Shown: positions 1 through 8,385, counted from the stretch's first letter. The stretch is 29,418 nt of DNA from a virus (IMGVR_UViG_3300033073_001657:1-29418); one strand, 5' to 3'. The notes: generated by a model from the letters alone, not told the origin. Made by a program: numbers and translations.

Positions 1-590
1 TTCTTTCCTTCCTTTAGCATAGCTGAAAAGATTCCCTTAATTTCAGTTGCTCTTTTTGATATTATTGCAGCCGCTTCATCGAGTGATCCTTTAATCCAAG
101 GTTTAGAAAATGGAATTTTTGAACCGTTCGATGCTAAATAATTAGATGGGCTAGATAATTCGCTAGGTCTAAACTCAGTAGTTTTATTATCCTGTTTTCT
201 TAACCATTCCAAATTAGATTTGACTGTTTCCAAATTAGTCCAAGGTTCAAGTTTTAGGATAAGTTCGTCGACTCTTGTACTAGATTCAACCCTTTTAGTC
301 AAGTCTCCCTGCCAATACGTCATGGATTGGTACATGTCATCTGGCGTAGTAATAACTTCATTTGCTTCTTTACTTCGGCCAGCTGGTTTACCTGCTGTCT
401 GAAACCACTCCATCATATGAGAATATTCGGGGTGTGATTTTACAGAAGGGTCATCCGTTTCTTTAAGTTTAGAGACAATTGCTTGTAGATCATCCCTTAC
501 TCCCTCAAATAAGGGTATTCCAAGAATACTAGCAGCTTCCTTTTCTTCATATAATGATCTCCATTTAGAATAGTCCAATAGATAAGGCAT
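1..590 (-). CDS. Hypothetical protein, truncated at the left window edge; possible head-internal protein
   Basis: Not in the ORF track. Read by hand from ATG at 590: MPYLLDYSKWRSLYEEKEAASILGIPLFEGVRDDLQAIVSKLKE..., open to position 1. Preceded by GATAAATAA at 606-614. Confidence 0.8.
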   Translation of the reverse strand, partial: MPYLLDYSKWRSLYEEKEAASILGIPLFEGVRDDLQAIVSKLKETDDPSVKSHPEYSHMMEWFQTAGKPAGRSKEANEVITTPDDMYQSMTYWQGDLTKRVESSTRVDELILKLEPWTNLETVKSNLEWLRKQDNKTTEFRPSELSSPSNYLASNGSKIPFSKPWIKGSLDEAAAIISKRATEIKGIFSAMLKEGK

Positions 591-605
591 ATTAAATAGT
601 TTTAA

Positions 606-614
606 TTATTTATC
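606..614 (-). promoter_or_regulatory. T4-late-like promoter motif GATAAATAA
   Basis: Intergenic, 15 nt upstream of ATG 590; resembles the T4 late consensus TATAAATA. Confidence 0.55.
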
Positions 615-649
615 TTTAATTTTTTTATCTCTTTTAGTATTTTATTAAT

Positions 650-1450
650 ATGCCAGAACTTGCAGAGATAAAAATAATGGCGGATTTCATAAATTCCGCA
701 TGTGAAACCAAAGATTTCACATCAATCGCCTTTTCAGAAAGCGCAGTTGCTCGTAAACTAAGAATAGTTCAGCCGACTGATCTTCAAATATTTAAGATTA
801 CTGCTGAATCACGAGGTAAAGAATTAGTCCTCTCAATAATTCAAGGAGGTCAAGTCTTTATGAAGATTAGCTGTTCGATGGGCATGTCTGGTCACTGGGT
901 GCTGTGTCATCGTGACTCGATGCCAAAACACACTCACATGAAATTTAATAGTGTAGATCAATATAGTCTATGTTTAGTTGACACTCGTCGATTTGCTAGA
1001 TGGAGGGTTGTAGAAGATTGGGCTCAAAACCGAGGACCGTGTCCAGTCAGAGAATTTAGTGCATTTAAACAAAATATCTTATCCAATCTAGAGAAACGGG
1101 AATTTAGTAAACCGATTCATCTCGTGCTCATGAATCAACTATATTTTAATGGAATAGGAAACTATCTCCGAGCAGAGATCCTCTTTCATGCAGCACAGGA
1201 TCCTTTCGTAGATGCTCGTACCGCAATCACCATGAATCCTGCAATACTTGATCTTTGCGAACAGCTTCCTAATGAGGCATATGTTTTAGGCGGAGGCCAA
1301 TTAAAGGACTGGAAAAATCCATTTGAGGCTCCTGAAGGAGGTTTTGATGAGTGGATGCAATGTTACGGTAGAGCTAAGTGGTTTACCGACAAGAACGGTA
1401 GACGAATGTGGTATCATGAAAGCCAACTTGAAACCTCTATCGATTTTTGA
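650..1450 (+). CDS. nei: Fpg/Nei-family DNA glycosylase/AP lyase, NEIL1-like (zincless finger)
   Basis: N-terminal MPE catalytic motif, RGKEL, MGMSG, DTRRFARW, H2TH motif FNGIGNYLRAEILF. C-terminal WMQCYG...DKNGRRMWY has no four-Cys zinc finger. Confidence 0.92.
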   Translation: MPELAEIKIMADFINSACETKDFTSIAFSESAVARKLRIVQPTDLQIFKITAESRGKELVLSIIQGGQVFMKISCSMGMSGHWVLCHRDSMPKHTHMKFNSVDQYSLCLVDTRRFARWRVVEDWAQNRGPCPVREFSAFKQNILSNLEKREFSKPIHLVLMNQLYFNGIGNYLRAEILFHAAQDPFVDARTAITMNPAILDLCEQLPNEAYVLGGGQLKDWKNPFEAPEGGFDEWMQCYGRAKWFTDKNGRRMWYHESQLETSIDF

Positions 1451-1467
1451 GTTCTATTAATGTATTT

Positions 1468-1476
1468 TATAAATAA
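1468..1476 (+). promoter_or_regulatory. T4-late-like promoter TATAAATAA
   Basis: Exact T4 late consensus TATAAATA just upstream of ATG 1484. Confidence 0.5.
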
Positions 1477-1483
1477 ATCAATA

Positions 1484-1666
1484 ATGTTTGAAAAATTACG
1501 TCAGCCTACTCTTTCAAAGAGAGAGCGCATAATAATCAATGAATGTTGTCGACAGGTATCCGATTCTATGAAAAAAGAAGATCAAAAGAATGGATTGGAT
1601 CCTGAAATAAAAAAGATACATCAAGATATTGAAATAATAATGAAAAAACTTCAACCTACACTATGA
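1484..1666 (+). CDS. Small hypothetical protein (start probably ATG 1484 rather than 1460)
   Basis: Fills the gap between nei and the helicase; ATGA overlap with the helicase start at 1663-1666. Confidence 0.6.
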   Translation: MFEKLRQPTLSKRERIIINECCRQVSDSMKKEDQKNGLDPEIKKIHQDIEIIMKKLQPTL

Positions 1667-3255
1667 GTGATATCCCTCTTGAGTTTTCCCCAAGACCCCA
1701 ACAGGTCCAAATTCTGGACTTTGTAAAATCATCCATTAAGGATGGAAAGAAATTTATTATGGTGGATGCTCCGACTGGTGTAGGAAAATCATATGCTGCT
1801 ATCATGATTGCAGAATGGTATCGTACTGAACATTCGAAAAAAGCCAAGACTGATATCGTCACTAATACTAAAATTCTTCAAGATCAATACGTAAAGGATT
1901 TTAAGTTTGCTGCAAATCTTAAGGGTAAAAATAACTATTGGTGTCGTCATCAAGGCATGGGTTGCGGTGATGCTCAAGTAATCAATAAAGCAAACGATAG
2001 ACGATGTAACATCTGTCCTCATAAGATTGCACAGTCAAAGTTTCTAAAGAGTCCAATAAGCTTAGCTAACTTTCACTTAGTTACTGCATATTCGATGTAT
2101 TCACCAGAAATGTTGGCTGAACGTAATTCTAAGCTCTTGATAATCGATGAGGCCCATGCGTTTGAGGAGACCTTTTGCGATTTTATCATGTCGACATATT
2201 CTGAGCGTAGCTTAAAAATACTCGATATTTGGCAAGACTGGATGGAACGGGACCTAGATAATATCTCATCATTAACCGAACTTTCTGATTGGACTCGAGA
2301 CGTTCTTGTTCCACTATTAGCACAAAAGGCTGAAGATCTATTGGAAGAAGCTAAAGAAACTCGTCAAAAAAAGAAGAAGATCGACCTAATCAAAAAAGCC
2401 GATCATGTTGACAAGTCAATGTGTAAGTATAATCGATTTGTAAACGACCGAGAAAATTATAAGACGAATTGGACTTTTGAAAAAGACTTGGACCAATATG
2501 GCAAGACCAGAATCCTAGTCGAACCGATTTGGGGAAATCTCTATCTTAAAGAGTTATTTTGGGATGAATACGATCACGTGATCATGATGTCAGGTACTCT
2601 ATTAGATCGTGAATTATTCTCATTTATCATGGGAGTAGAAGATCATGAATCTACTTATCTTGACCTGCCTTGTCCATTTGATGCAGCTAAACGTCCAGTG
2701 ATCTATGTAAGATTCGGTAAAATGTCATACTATAATAAGAAGGAGACCTTTGCCAGAGCAGTTCCGATAATCGGAAAGATTTTAGAAAAGAATCACGAAC
2801 ATAAAGGCATAATTCACACAGCAAATTATGAATTTAGTAAGTGGATTCAAAACTCTATTCAAGATACGCGTTTAATATTCCATGATTCAATAACTAGAGA
2901 AAAGTCTCTAGAAGATCATCTTACTTCAAAATTGGAAACTGTGCTAGTCTCTCCATCAATGATTAATGGAGTCGACTTAAAAGATGAGCTTTCCAGATTT
3001 CAAGTAATTTTAAAAGTGCCTTTTCCAAATCTTGTTAGTACAAAGATAAAGAAGAGGCTTGATACTCGCCCAGAATGGTACAATTGGAAGACCCTGGTGG
3101 ACCTTCTTCAAGCTTATGGTAGATCAATAAGAAATGATGAAGATTGGGCAGAGACTTATATTTTAGACGAGTGTTTTGACCAGATTCTTGAAAATAAAAA
3201 CGTGCCTAAATACTTTTTAGATGCACTAAAGATAAAAAAATTAGCGAAAAAATAA
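1663..3255 (+). CDS. DinG/XPD-like SF2 helicase
   Basis: Walker A DAPTGVGKS, Cys cluster (WC..GC..RCNICPH) in the Fe-S region, IIDEAH, MSGT, GVDLK, QVILKVPFP, motif VI QAYGRSIR. Confidence 0.9.
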   Translation: MSDIPLEFSPRPQQVQILDFVKSSIKDGKKFIMVDAPTGVGKSYAAIMIAEWYRTEHSKKAKTDIVTNTKILQDQYVKDFKFAANLKGKNNYWCRHQGMGCGDAQVINKANDRRCNICPHKIAQSKFLKSPISLANFHLVTAYSMYSPEMLAERNSKLLIIDEAHAFEETFCDFIMSTYSERSLKILDIWQDWMERDLDNISSLTELSDWTRDVLVPLLAQKAEDLLEEAKETRQKKKKIDLIKKADHVDKSMCKYNRFVNDRENYKTNWTFEKDLDQYGKTRILVEPIWGNLYLKELFWDEYDHVIMMSGTLLDRELFSFIMGVEDHESTYLDLPCPFDAAKRPVIYVRFGKMSYYNKKETFARAVPIIGKILEKNHEHKGIIHTANYEFSKWIQNSIQDTRLIFHDSITREKSLEDHLTSKLETVLVSPSMINGVDLKDELSRFQVILKVPFPNLVSTKIKKRLDTRPEWYNWKTLVDLLQAYGRSIRNDEDWAETYILDECFDQILENKNVPKYFLDALKIKKLAKK

Positions 3256-5117
3256 TGGCTAAGAAATCAATAGAAACAAAGTATCAAAAATTAACTGATG
3301 TCGAGCACGTTTTGCTTAGACCGTCGATGTATATCGGATCAGTCGCGATCCATACTGGAGAACAATATCTCTATGATGGAGAGAAGGTGACGATTGAAGA
3401 AGTTAATTATAATCCAGGATTTATTAAGTTATTTGATGAAATTGTTTCTAATTCAGTAGACGAACATCGTCGAAATCCTAAGTTAAATGAGATCAGAGTA
3501 ACGATCAATCTAGATACAACTGAGATCTCAGTTTGGGATAATGGTGGAATTCCAGTAGAGAAGCATCCAGTTCACAAAGAGTGGATTCCAGAAATGATTT
3601 TCTCAAATCTAAAAGCTGGATCCAATTTTGATGACTCTGAACAGCGAACAGTTGCTGGTACAAATGGAGTAGGTTCGACCCTAACGAACATCTTTAGTAA
3701 AAAGTTCTCAATATCTACTTGTGATGGTAAAAACAGGTTTGATCAGACGTTTACTGATAACATGGGTAAGAGAACTACTGCAAAAATAACTCCAGCCAAG
3801 AGAGGATTTACTGAAATCTCCTTTTTTCCAGATCTTGAGCGATTTAAGATGCGATTAATCGATGAAAAGTCCTTTCAAATACTATTCAAGCGCTGTCTAG
3901 ACCTAGTTGCATGTAATAATAAGCTTACATTAAAGTTAACTAGGATCAAAGACGGTGTAAAAAAGGATTTTGTACTTAAGTTTAAGAGTTTTGAAGAGTA
4001 TATTCAGTTATATGCGGAAGAATACTTTTTTGAAGAGACTAGAGATTGGAAAATTGGCTTCGCTAAGTCTGAAAATGGCTTCCAGAACGTAAGTTTTGTC
4101 AATTCCGTACACACAAAGGACGGTGGGACTCATGTAGAATACATTACGAATCAGTTAATCTCTCAATTGAGAGAAATGATTAAGAAAAAGCATAGAGTTG
4201 ACGTAAAACCGAGTGATATTCGTAATCATCTTTATGTTTTTATCGATTCAACTGTCGTAAACTCATTTTTTAGCTCACAAACTAAGGAAAAATTGATCAC
4301 TGAGGTCAAAGATTTTGGCACTAAACATGAAGTGACTGATAAATTAGCTAAACTCGTCTTTAAATCTGAAATAATACAGTCAGTTTTAGACTGGATTGAG
4401 AAAAAAGCCCTTGCTCAAGAGAGGGCTGAGCTTAGAAAGCTAAATAAAGATCTTGATAAGACTAAAATACCTAAATTGATCGATGCTCAGCGAAAAGGAG
4501 ATCGCGGTGTCTGTATTTTAGGAATATATGAAGGTCTCTCAGCAGTTTCAGCAGTTCGTAAGTTTAGAGACACTCAAATAATTGGTGCATTTCCTCTAAA
4601 GGGTAAATTTATCAATGTAAGTGAGATGAAACCCTCTGAAATCGCTAAAAACGATGAAGCTGTGCAGCTAATGGCCTCACTTGGACTTAAATTAGGCGAA
4701 GAACCTAAAGGATTACGATACGGTCGCATCTATATCTATACAGATGCTGATCCAGATGGAAGTCACATTGCCGCAACCCTAATTAACTTCTTTAATCGCT
4801 TCTGGCCTGAACTTTTTGATCAAGGTCGCGTATACAAAGTAATGACTCCACTAGTTGTCGCTAAAAAAGGCAAAGAATCTCTTAATTTTTACACAAATGA
4901 TGAGTTTGACCTTTGGCAAAAGAAAAATAAGTCAACTTCTTGGGACATTGAGTATAAAAAGGGACTTGGAGCATTAGAAGACGCTGAATACGAAGAAATA
5001 ATCAAAAATCCCTACCTTGTTCAAATAAAGAACGACAAAGACTATAAAGAATCGCTTGAATCATGGTTTGGAAAAGATTCTCAACCTAGAAAGGACAGGA
5101 TTCTTGGAAATAATTAA
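3255..5117 (+). CDS. gp39: Type IIA DNA topoisomerase large subunit (GHKL ATPase + TOPRIM; T4 gp39+gp60 equivalent, unsplit)
   Basis: EHVLLRPSMYIGS, FDEIVSNSVDE, DNGGIP, GTNGVG, SSQTKE, EGLSA, PLKGK, TDADPDGSHI, YKKGLG. Confidence 0.95.
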   Translation: MAKKSIETKYQKLTDVEHVLLRPSMYIGSVAIHTGEQYLYDGEKVTIEEVNYNPGFIKLFDEIVSNSVDEHRRNPKLNEIRVTINLDTTEISVWDNGGIPVEKHPVHKEWIPEMIFSNLKAGSNFDDSEQRTVAGTNGVGSTLTNIFSKKFSISTCDGKNRFDQTFTDNMGKRTTAKITPAKRGFTEISFFPDLERFKMRLIDEKSFQILFKRCLDLVACNNKLTLKLTRIKDGVKKDFVLKFKSFEEYIQLYAEEYFFEETRDWKIGFAKSENGFQNVSFVNSVHTKDGGTHVEYITNQLISQLREMIKKKHRVDVKPSDIRNHLYVFIDSTVVNSFFSSQTKEKLITEVKDFGTKHEVTDKLAKLVFKSEIIQSVLDWIEKKALAQERAELRKLNKDLDKTKIPKLIDAQRKGDRGVCILGIYEGLSAVSAVRKFRDTQIIGAFPLKGKFINVSEMKPSEIAKNDEAVQLMASLGLKLGEEPKGLRYGRIYIYTDADPDGSHIAATLINFFNRFWPELFDQGRVYKVMTPLVVAKKGKESLNFYTNDEFDLWQKKNKSTSWDIEYKKGLGALEDAEYEEIIKNPYLVQIKNDKDYKESLESWFGKDSQPRKDRILGNN

Positions 5118-5122
5118 ACTTA

Positions 5123-5239
5123 ATGAAATATTACAACGAATTTGAAAGAAGACCTAAATTCATCTTTATTTGGATGGTAATTATGGGATCTGTCGTGGGT
5201 CTACTTTCTTGGACACTTAAAACTTTAGGGATAGTCTAA
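5123..5239 (+). CDS. 38-aa single-pass membrane protein
   Basis: Below the ORF-track cutoff. MKYYNEFERRPKFIFIWMVIMGSVVGLLSWTLKTLGIV*, with basic residues before a hydrophobic helix; fills the intergenic gap. Confidence 0.6.
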   Translation: MKYYNEFERRPKFIFIWMVIMGSVVGLLSWTLKTLGIV

Positions 5240-5264
5240 GTAGAAGATAGAAAAATCCCGCAAC

Positions 5265-5606
5265 ATGACATTTGAAAGATTTAAACAAGTCGTTGACCAA
5301 ATGGTTCAAAATTCAGCTAAACTCGACCGTTCATATGAGAATGGAATAGATCTAATCGAGTTTACAGAGGGTTATAACACAGTAATCAACTATCTTTGGG
5401 GAAACTTATTAACTCTTGAGGGTTTAGACTGGTTTGACTGGTTCATGTATGAAAAAAACTATCTACAGGACGGTAAAGGAAATCCAGAAATGCAAGCCTT
5501 TTCTAAAACCAATAATGATGAGCAAGTTGAAATCTGTAAAGATTTAGAAGGTCTTTATAATTATCTTAAAGAAAACAATTATTTTAAATGCGAAAGCCAG
5601 AAATAA
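5265..5606 (+). CDS. Hypothetical protein
   Basis: 113-aa co-directional ORF between the two topoisomerase subunits. Confidence 0.75.
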   Translation: MTFERFKQVVDQMVQNSAKLDRSYENGIDLIEFTEGYNTVINYLWGNLLTLEGLDWFDWFMYEKNYLQDGKGNPEMQAFSKTNNDEQVEICKDLEGLYNYLKENNYFKCESQK

Positions 5607-6955
5607 AAACAGTCACTGACTATTTAGATAACGACTATAAAGAATACGCAGTATATGTCGTTGAGGAAAGAGCCATTCCATCAGTGATTGATGGATTTAA
5701 ACCAACTCAACGTAAAGTAATCTTTGTTGCAAATAAGGTCTGGAAAAACGGTTCAGAGAAACCAATGAAAATATTCCAATTAGCTGGTAGAGTAGCAGCC
5801 GACGCTTTTTATCATCATGGCGACGGATCCTTAAACTCAGCTATTATTGGAATGGCTCAAAAGTTTAAAAATTCTATGCCAGTATTAGAAGATATCGGTC
5901 AGTTCGGATCTCTACGTTCTCCAGAAGCAGCTGCGCCTCGGTACATTGCAACTAAGCTACATAAGAACTTTAGACTCTTATATAAAGATTTTGAATTATT
6001 AGAATCTCGATACGAAGAAGGTAATGAAATCGAACCTAAATACTTCTTACCAATTATTCCAACCGTCCTCCTGAATGGTGGTAGCGGGATTGCAGTAGGA
6101 TTCGCAACAAATATATTAAATCGAAATCCAATTAGCCTGATAGATGCCTGTTTAAAATCGCTAGACGGAAAGAAATATGCTGAACCTACTCCATGGAATC
6201 GAGAGTTTATTGGAGATTGCGAGCTAATTGATCCTGAAAAGTTTTCTTGGATATTTAGTGGTAAATATGAAGTAAAAAATACGACTACTGTAAACATCAC
6301 CGAACTTCCTCCATCAATTACTTATGAGAAATTTGATCAACATCTGATAGATCTTGAGGATTCAAGAAGAATAGCAAGCTATGAGAATAACTGTAAGTCG
6401 AATATCAATTATGTTCTTAAATTTAGAAGAGAAGATCTTAAAACTTTAAATGATTCCGCTAGATTAAAGAGATTGCTTAAGATGGAAGAGCGCCAGACTG
6501 AGAACTTTACGGTTCTTGACGAGTTCGGTAGACTTAAGATATTTAATACGGCTAGCGAAATTATCGAATATTTTGTGAAATTTAGGCTCTCTTTTTATGA
6601 AAAAAGAAAGCAATTTATCATCGATGCTCTAGTACAAGAACTTATTGTTCTTTCAAATAGAGCACGTTTCGTAAAAGATATAATCACTAATAAACTTAAA
6701 ATTAATAATGTTCCTAGAAGAGAGATTATCCTCTATTTGGAGACAGGTGATTTTGATGAAGTAAATGGATCATATCAGTACCTATTAGGAATGCCGATTC
6801 ACTCACTTACTAAGGAAACGTATGAAGACTTAATAAGTGCAGAAATGCAAAAAAAGAGGGAACTTGAAGAGATCCGAAAGAGAGAACCGTTGCAAATGTA
6901 TAGGGAAGACTTACAAGAATTGAAAAAAGCCCTACAAAAAGAGTATAATAACTAA
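5588..6955 (+). CDS. gp52: Type IIA DNA topoisomerase medium subunit (T4 gp52 / GyrA-ParC-like breakage-reunion)
   Basis: ERAIPSVIDGFKPTQRK, YHHGDGS, GQFGS, AAAPRY (catalytic Tyr), PIIPTVLLNG, ITELP; no GyrA C-terminal pinwheel. Confidence 0.95.
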   Translation: MRKPEIKTVTDYLDNDYKEYAVYVVEERAIPSVIDGFKPTQRKVIFVANKVWKNGSEKPMKIFQLAGRVAADAFYHHGDGSLNSAIIGMAQKFKNSMPVLEDIGQFGSLRSPEAAAPRYIATKLHKNFRLLYKDFELLESRYEEGNEIEPKYFLPIIPTVLLNGGSGIAVGFATNILNRNPISLIDACLKSLDGKKYAEPTPWNREFIGDCELIDPEKFSWIFSGKYEVKNTTTVNITELPPSITYEKFDQHLIDLEDSRRIASYENNCKSNINYVLKFRREDLKTLNDSARLKRLLKMEERQTENFTVLDEFGRLKIFNTASEIIEYFVKFRLSFYEKRKQFIIDALVQELIVLSNRARFVKDIITNKLKINNVPRREIILYLETGDFDEVNGSYQYLLGMPIHSLTKETYEDLISAEMQKKRELEEIRKREPLQMYREDLQELKKALQKEYNN

Positions 6956-6966
6956 AAATCAATATA

Positions 6967-7233
6967 ATGAAAAGAATATCTATTTTTATCTTGCTTGCAA
7001 TCTCTCTTGTTGCATGCACTGAAAACGCAAGAGTAAAAAATTGGGGAGGTGACGGAACGATCAATCTTCCTGCTGGCCGCAAATTGGTTAATATCACTTG
7101 GAAAGAGACTCAGATCTGGTATCTGACTCGTCCTATGAATTCAAATGATGTCGCGGAAACTTATCAATTCCATGAAGAATCAAGTTTTGGTGTAATGGAA
7201 GGAACTTATACGATTATTGAAACAAAAAAATAA
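6967..7233 (+). CDS. Predicted lipoprotein
   Basis: MKR + hydrophobic stretch + lipobox LVAC at residue 17. Confidence 0.75.
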   Translation: MKRISIFILLAISLVACTENARVKNWGGDGTINLPAGRKLVNITWKETQIWYLTRPMNSNDVAETYQFHEESSFGVMEGTYTIIETKK

Positions 7234-7463
7234 TGGCCGAGTTTTCAAAACAATATTGTGATCGTCATTTGCAAGATTTGCCAGGAGATTTTGATATCTC
7301 TGAGGTAACCAAAGATCTACCTGCTGATCATTTCATTCAGTATATCTGCGAAGGTTATGGTTTTATTGCAATCGGTAAAAATGAGTCTGGTGAGATACTT
7401 TTTGCCTTCAGGAAGGACGATGAAGAAATTGAATGGAAACCATATCATGAAGTAATAGTATAA
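7233..7463 (+). CDS. Hypothetical protein
   Basis: 76 aa; TAATG coupling with the upstream gene. Confidence 0.7.
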   Translation: MAEFSKQYCDRHLQDLPGDFDISEVTKDLPADHFIQYICEGYGFIAIGKNESGEILFAFRKDDEEIEWKPYHEVIV

Positions 7464-7467
7464 ATAA
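7459..7467 (+). promoter_or_regulatory. T4-late-like promoter TATAAATAA
   Basis: Exact consensus overlapping the upstream stop, just before ATG 7470. Confidence 0.45.
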
Positions 7468-7469
7468 TC

Positions 7470-7724
7470 ATGAAAAAAATAACATTAATCCTTTTATTAT
7501 CGGCAAGTATTAACTTAAGTTTTTCACAAGAGCCGGTTTCTAATGAATACGTCGTCGCGACAGCAGACCGTTCAACAGTATACATTGTTAATAACTCAAT
7601 AGGTAAAATGATCTATGATAGTTGGATAAGCGATCCGATATACAATGGGTTTAAACCTAACGTTATCCTAGTAGATGATTTGAAAAAGTACAGAAAAAAA
7701 GTAAAAAAGAAAAATAAAAAGTAA
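7470..7724 (+). CDS. Hypothetical exported protein with signal peptide and Lys-rich C-terminus
   Basis: MKKITLILLLSASINLSFSQ signal-peptide-like N-terminus; C-terminal KKYRKKVKKKNKK. Confidence 0.7.
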   Translation: MKKITLILLLSASINLSFSQEPVSNEYVVATADRSTVYIVNNSIGKMIYDSWISDPIYNGFKPNVILVDDLKKYRKKVKKKNKK

Positions 7725-7726
7725 TT

Positions 7727-8155
7727 ATGACGATTGCACAAGCACTAAAAGAAAAGAATAAGAAAGTAGCAAAGATTCAAAAACTTTGGGAAAAGATCCA
7801 TCGATATAACTCTATCCAAGAAGGATCAGAAAGACCGTATAGTACTTCTGAGTTATTTCAACAAGTTCACGCTGAAGTTGGGCTACTTGTTGAGTTGAAA
7901 ACTAAAATTCACGAAGCATCCTCTCCAGTTAGAGGAGACATTTTCTCCCTTTCAGAAATGAAAAATTTCGTACAAAGAGTAAAATCAGTAAGCACAACAC
8001 AGGGAGCTTTTCGTGACAGATATGAAAGTACTACCTCCATAATGGTTGCAGAACTTGATATCAAGTGGCAAGATGCAAAGATCGAAGAGCTTGAAGAAAA
8101 AATAGAAAAGCTTCAAGAAAAATTAGATCAGTTTAATCATACTGCCCAGATTTAA
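7727..8155 (+). CDS. Coiled-coil protein resembling the DIP1984-like family
   Basis: MTIAQALKEK, YNSIQEGSERPY, LVELKTKIHEAS and ELDIKWQDAKIEELEEKIEKLQEKLDQFN match the pattern I recall for DIP1984-like proteins (MKLAEAL...VQEG..P...). The ORF itself is clear; the family call is moderate. Confidence 0.6.
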   Translation: MTIAQALKEKNKKVAKIQKLWEKIHRYNSIQEGSERPYSTSELFQQVHAEVGLLVELKTKIHEASSPVRGDIFSLSEMKNFVQRVKSVSTTQGAFRDRYESTTSIMVAELDIKWQDAKIEELEEKIEKLQEKLDQFNHTAQI

Positions 8156-8160
8156 GAAAC

Positions 8161-8346
8161 ATGGGCAATCTTAGTTAGAGTAGAGTATCATAAGCTTTTA
8201 CTAGACAGCAAAGTCTATTACATTCTTGAAAAGATGGTACGATCGTGATCCTGAACTCAAACTTCCTGATACAAGAGCTCAAACAGTAATACTTATTCTC
8301 TCAAAACTCGGTAGCTAATTTTACTTTCTCTTCTAAGAGAGCCCAC
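8161..8346 (+). ncRNA. Candidate structured RNA downstream of the DIP1984-like gene
   Basis: No ORF. The ends pair: 8162-66/8341-45, 8169-74/8333-38, 8177-80/8328-31, 8182-87/8322-27. Internal stems at 8202-06/8213-17, 8218-21/8286-89 and 8224-28/8272-76. CTCAAA at 8256, 8278 and 8300. Confidence 0.6.
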
Positions 8347-8354
8347 CATACTAA

Positions 8355-8380
8355 AAAAGAGGACGTATTTGTCCTCTTTT
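8355..8380. terminator. Bidirectional intrinsic terminator
   Basis: Perfect inverted repeat AAAAGAGGAC-GTATTT-GTCCTCTTTT between convergent gene blocks. Confidence 0.85.
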
Positions 8381-8385
8381 GTTGT

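Noticed and set aside
5249-5264. AGAAAAATCCC upstream of ATG 5265, with a similar sequence upstream of the dnaJ ATG on the minus strand near 14913-14923
   Set aside because: Only two copies of a low-complexity motif; insufficient to call a regulatory site without the rest of the genome.
3255-6955. Intron, intein, homing endonuclease or ribosomal bypass in the topoisomerase genes (as in T4 gene 60)
   Set aside because: Both subunits are continuous and of expected length, with all motifs in one frame.
8161-8178. ATG at 8161 as the start of a small ORF
   Set aside because: It stops after five codons (MGNLS*), and no other plausible ORF spans the region.
8256-8307. CTCAAA repeats as a mini-CRISPR or TIGR-type guide array
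   Set aside because: The repeats are only 6-7 nt with three copies, and no cas or Nop-domain gene is in the window. Kept only as part of the structured RNA candidate.
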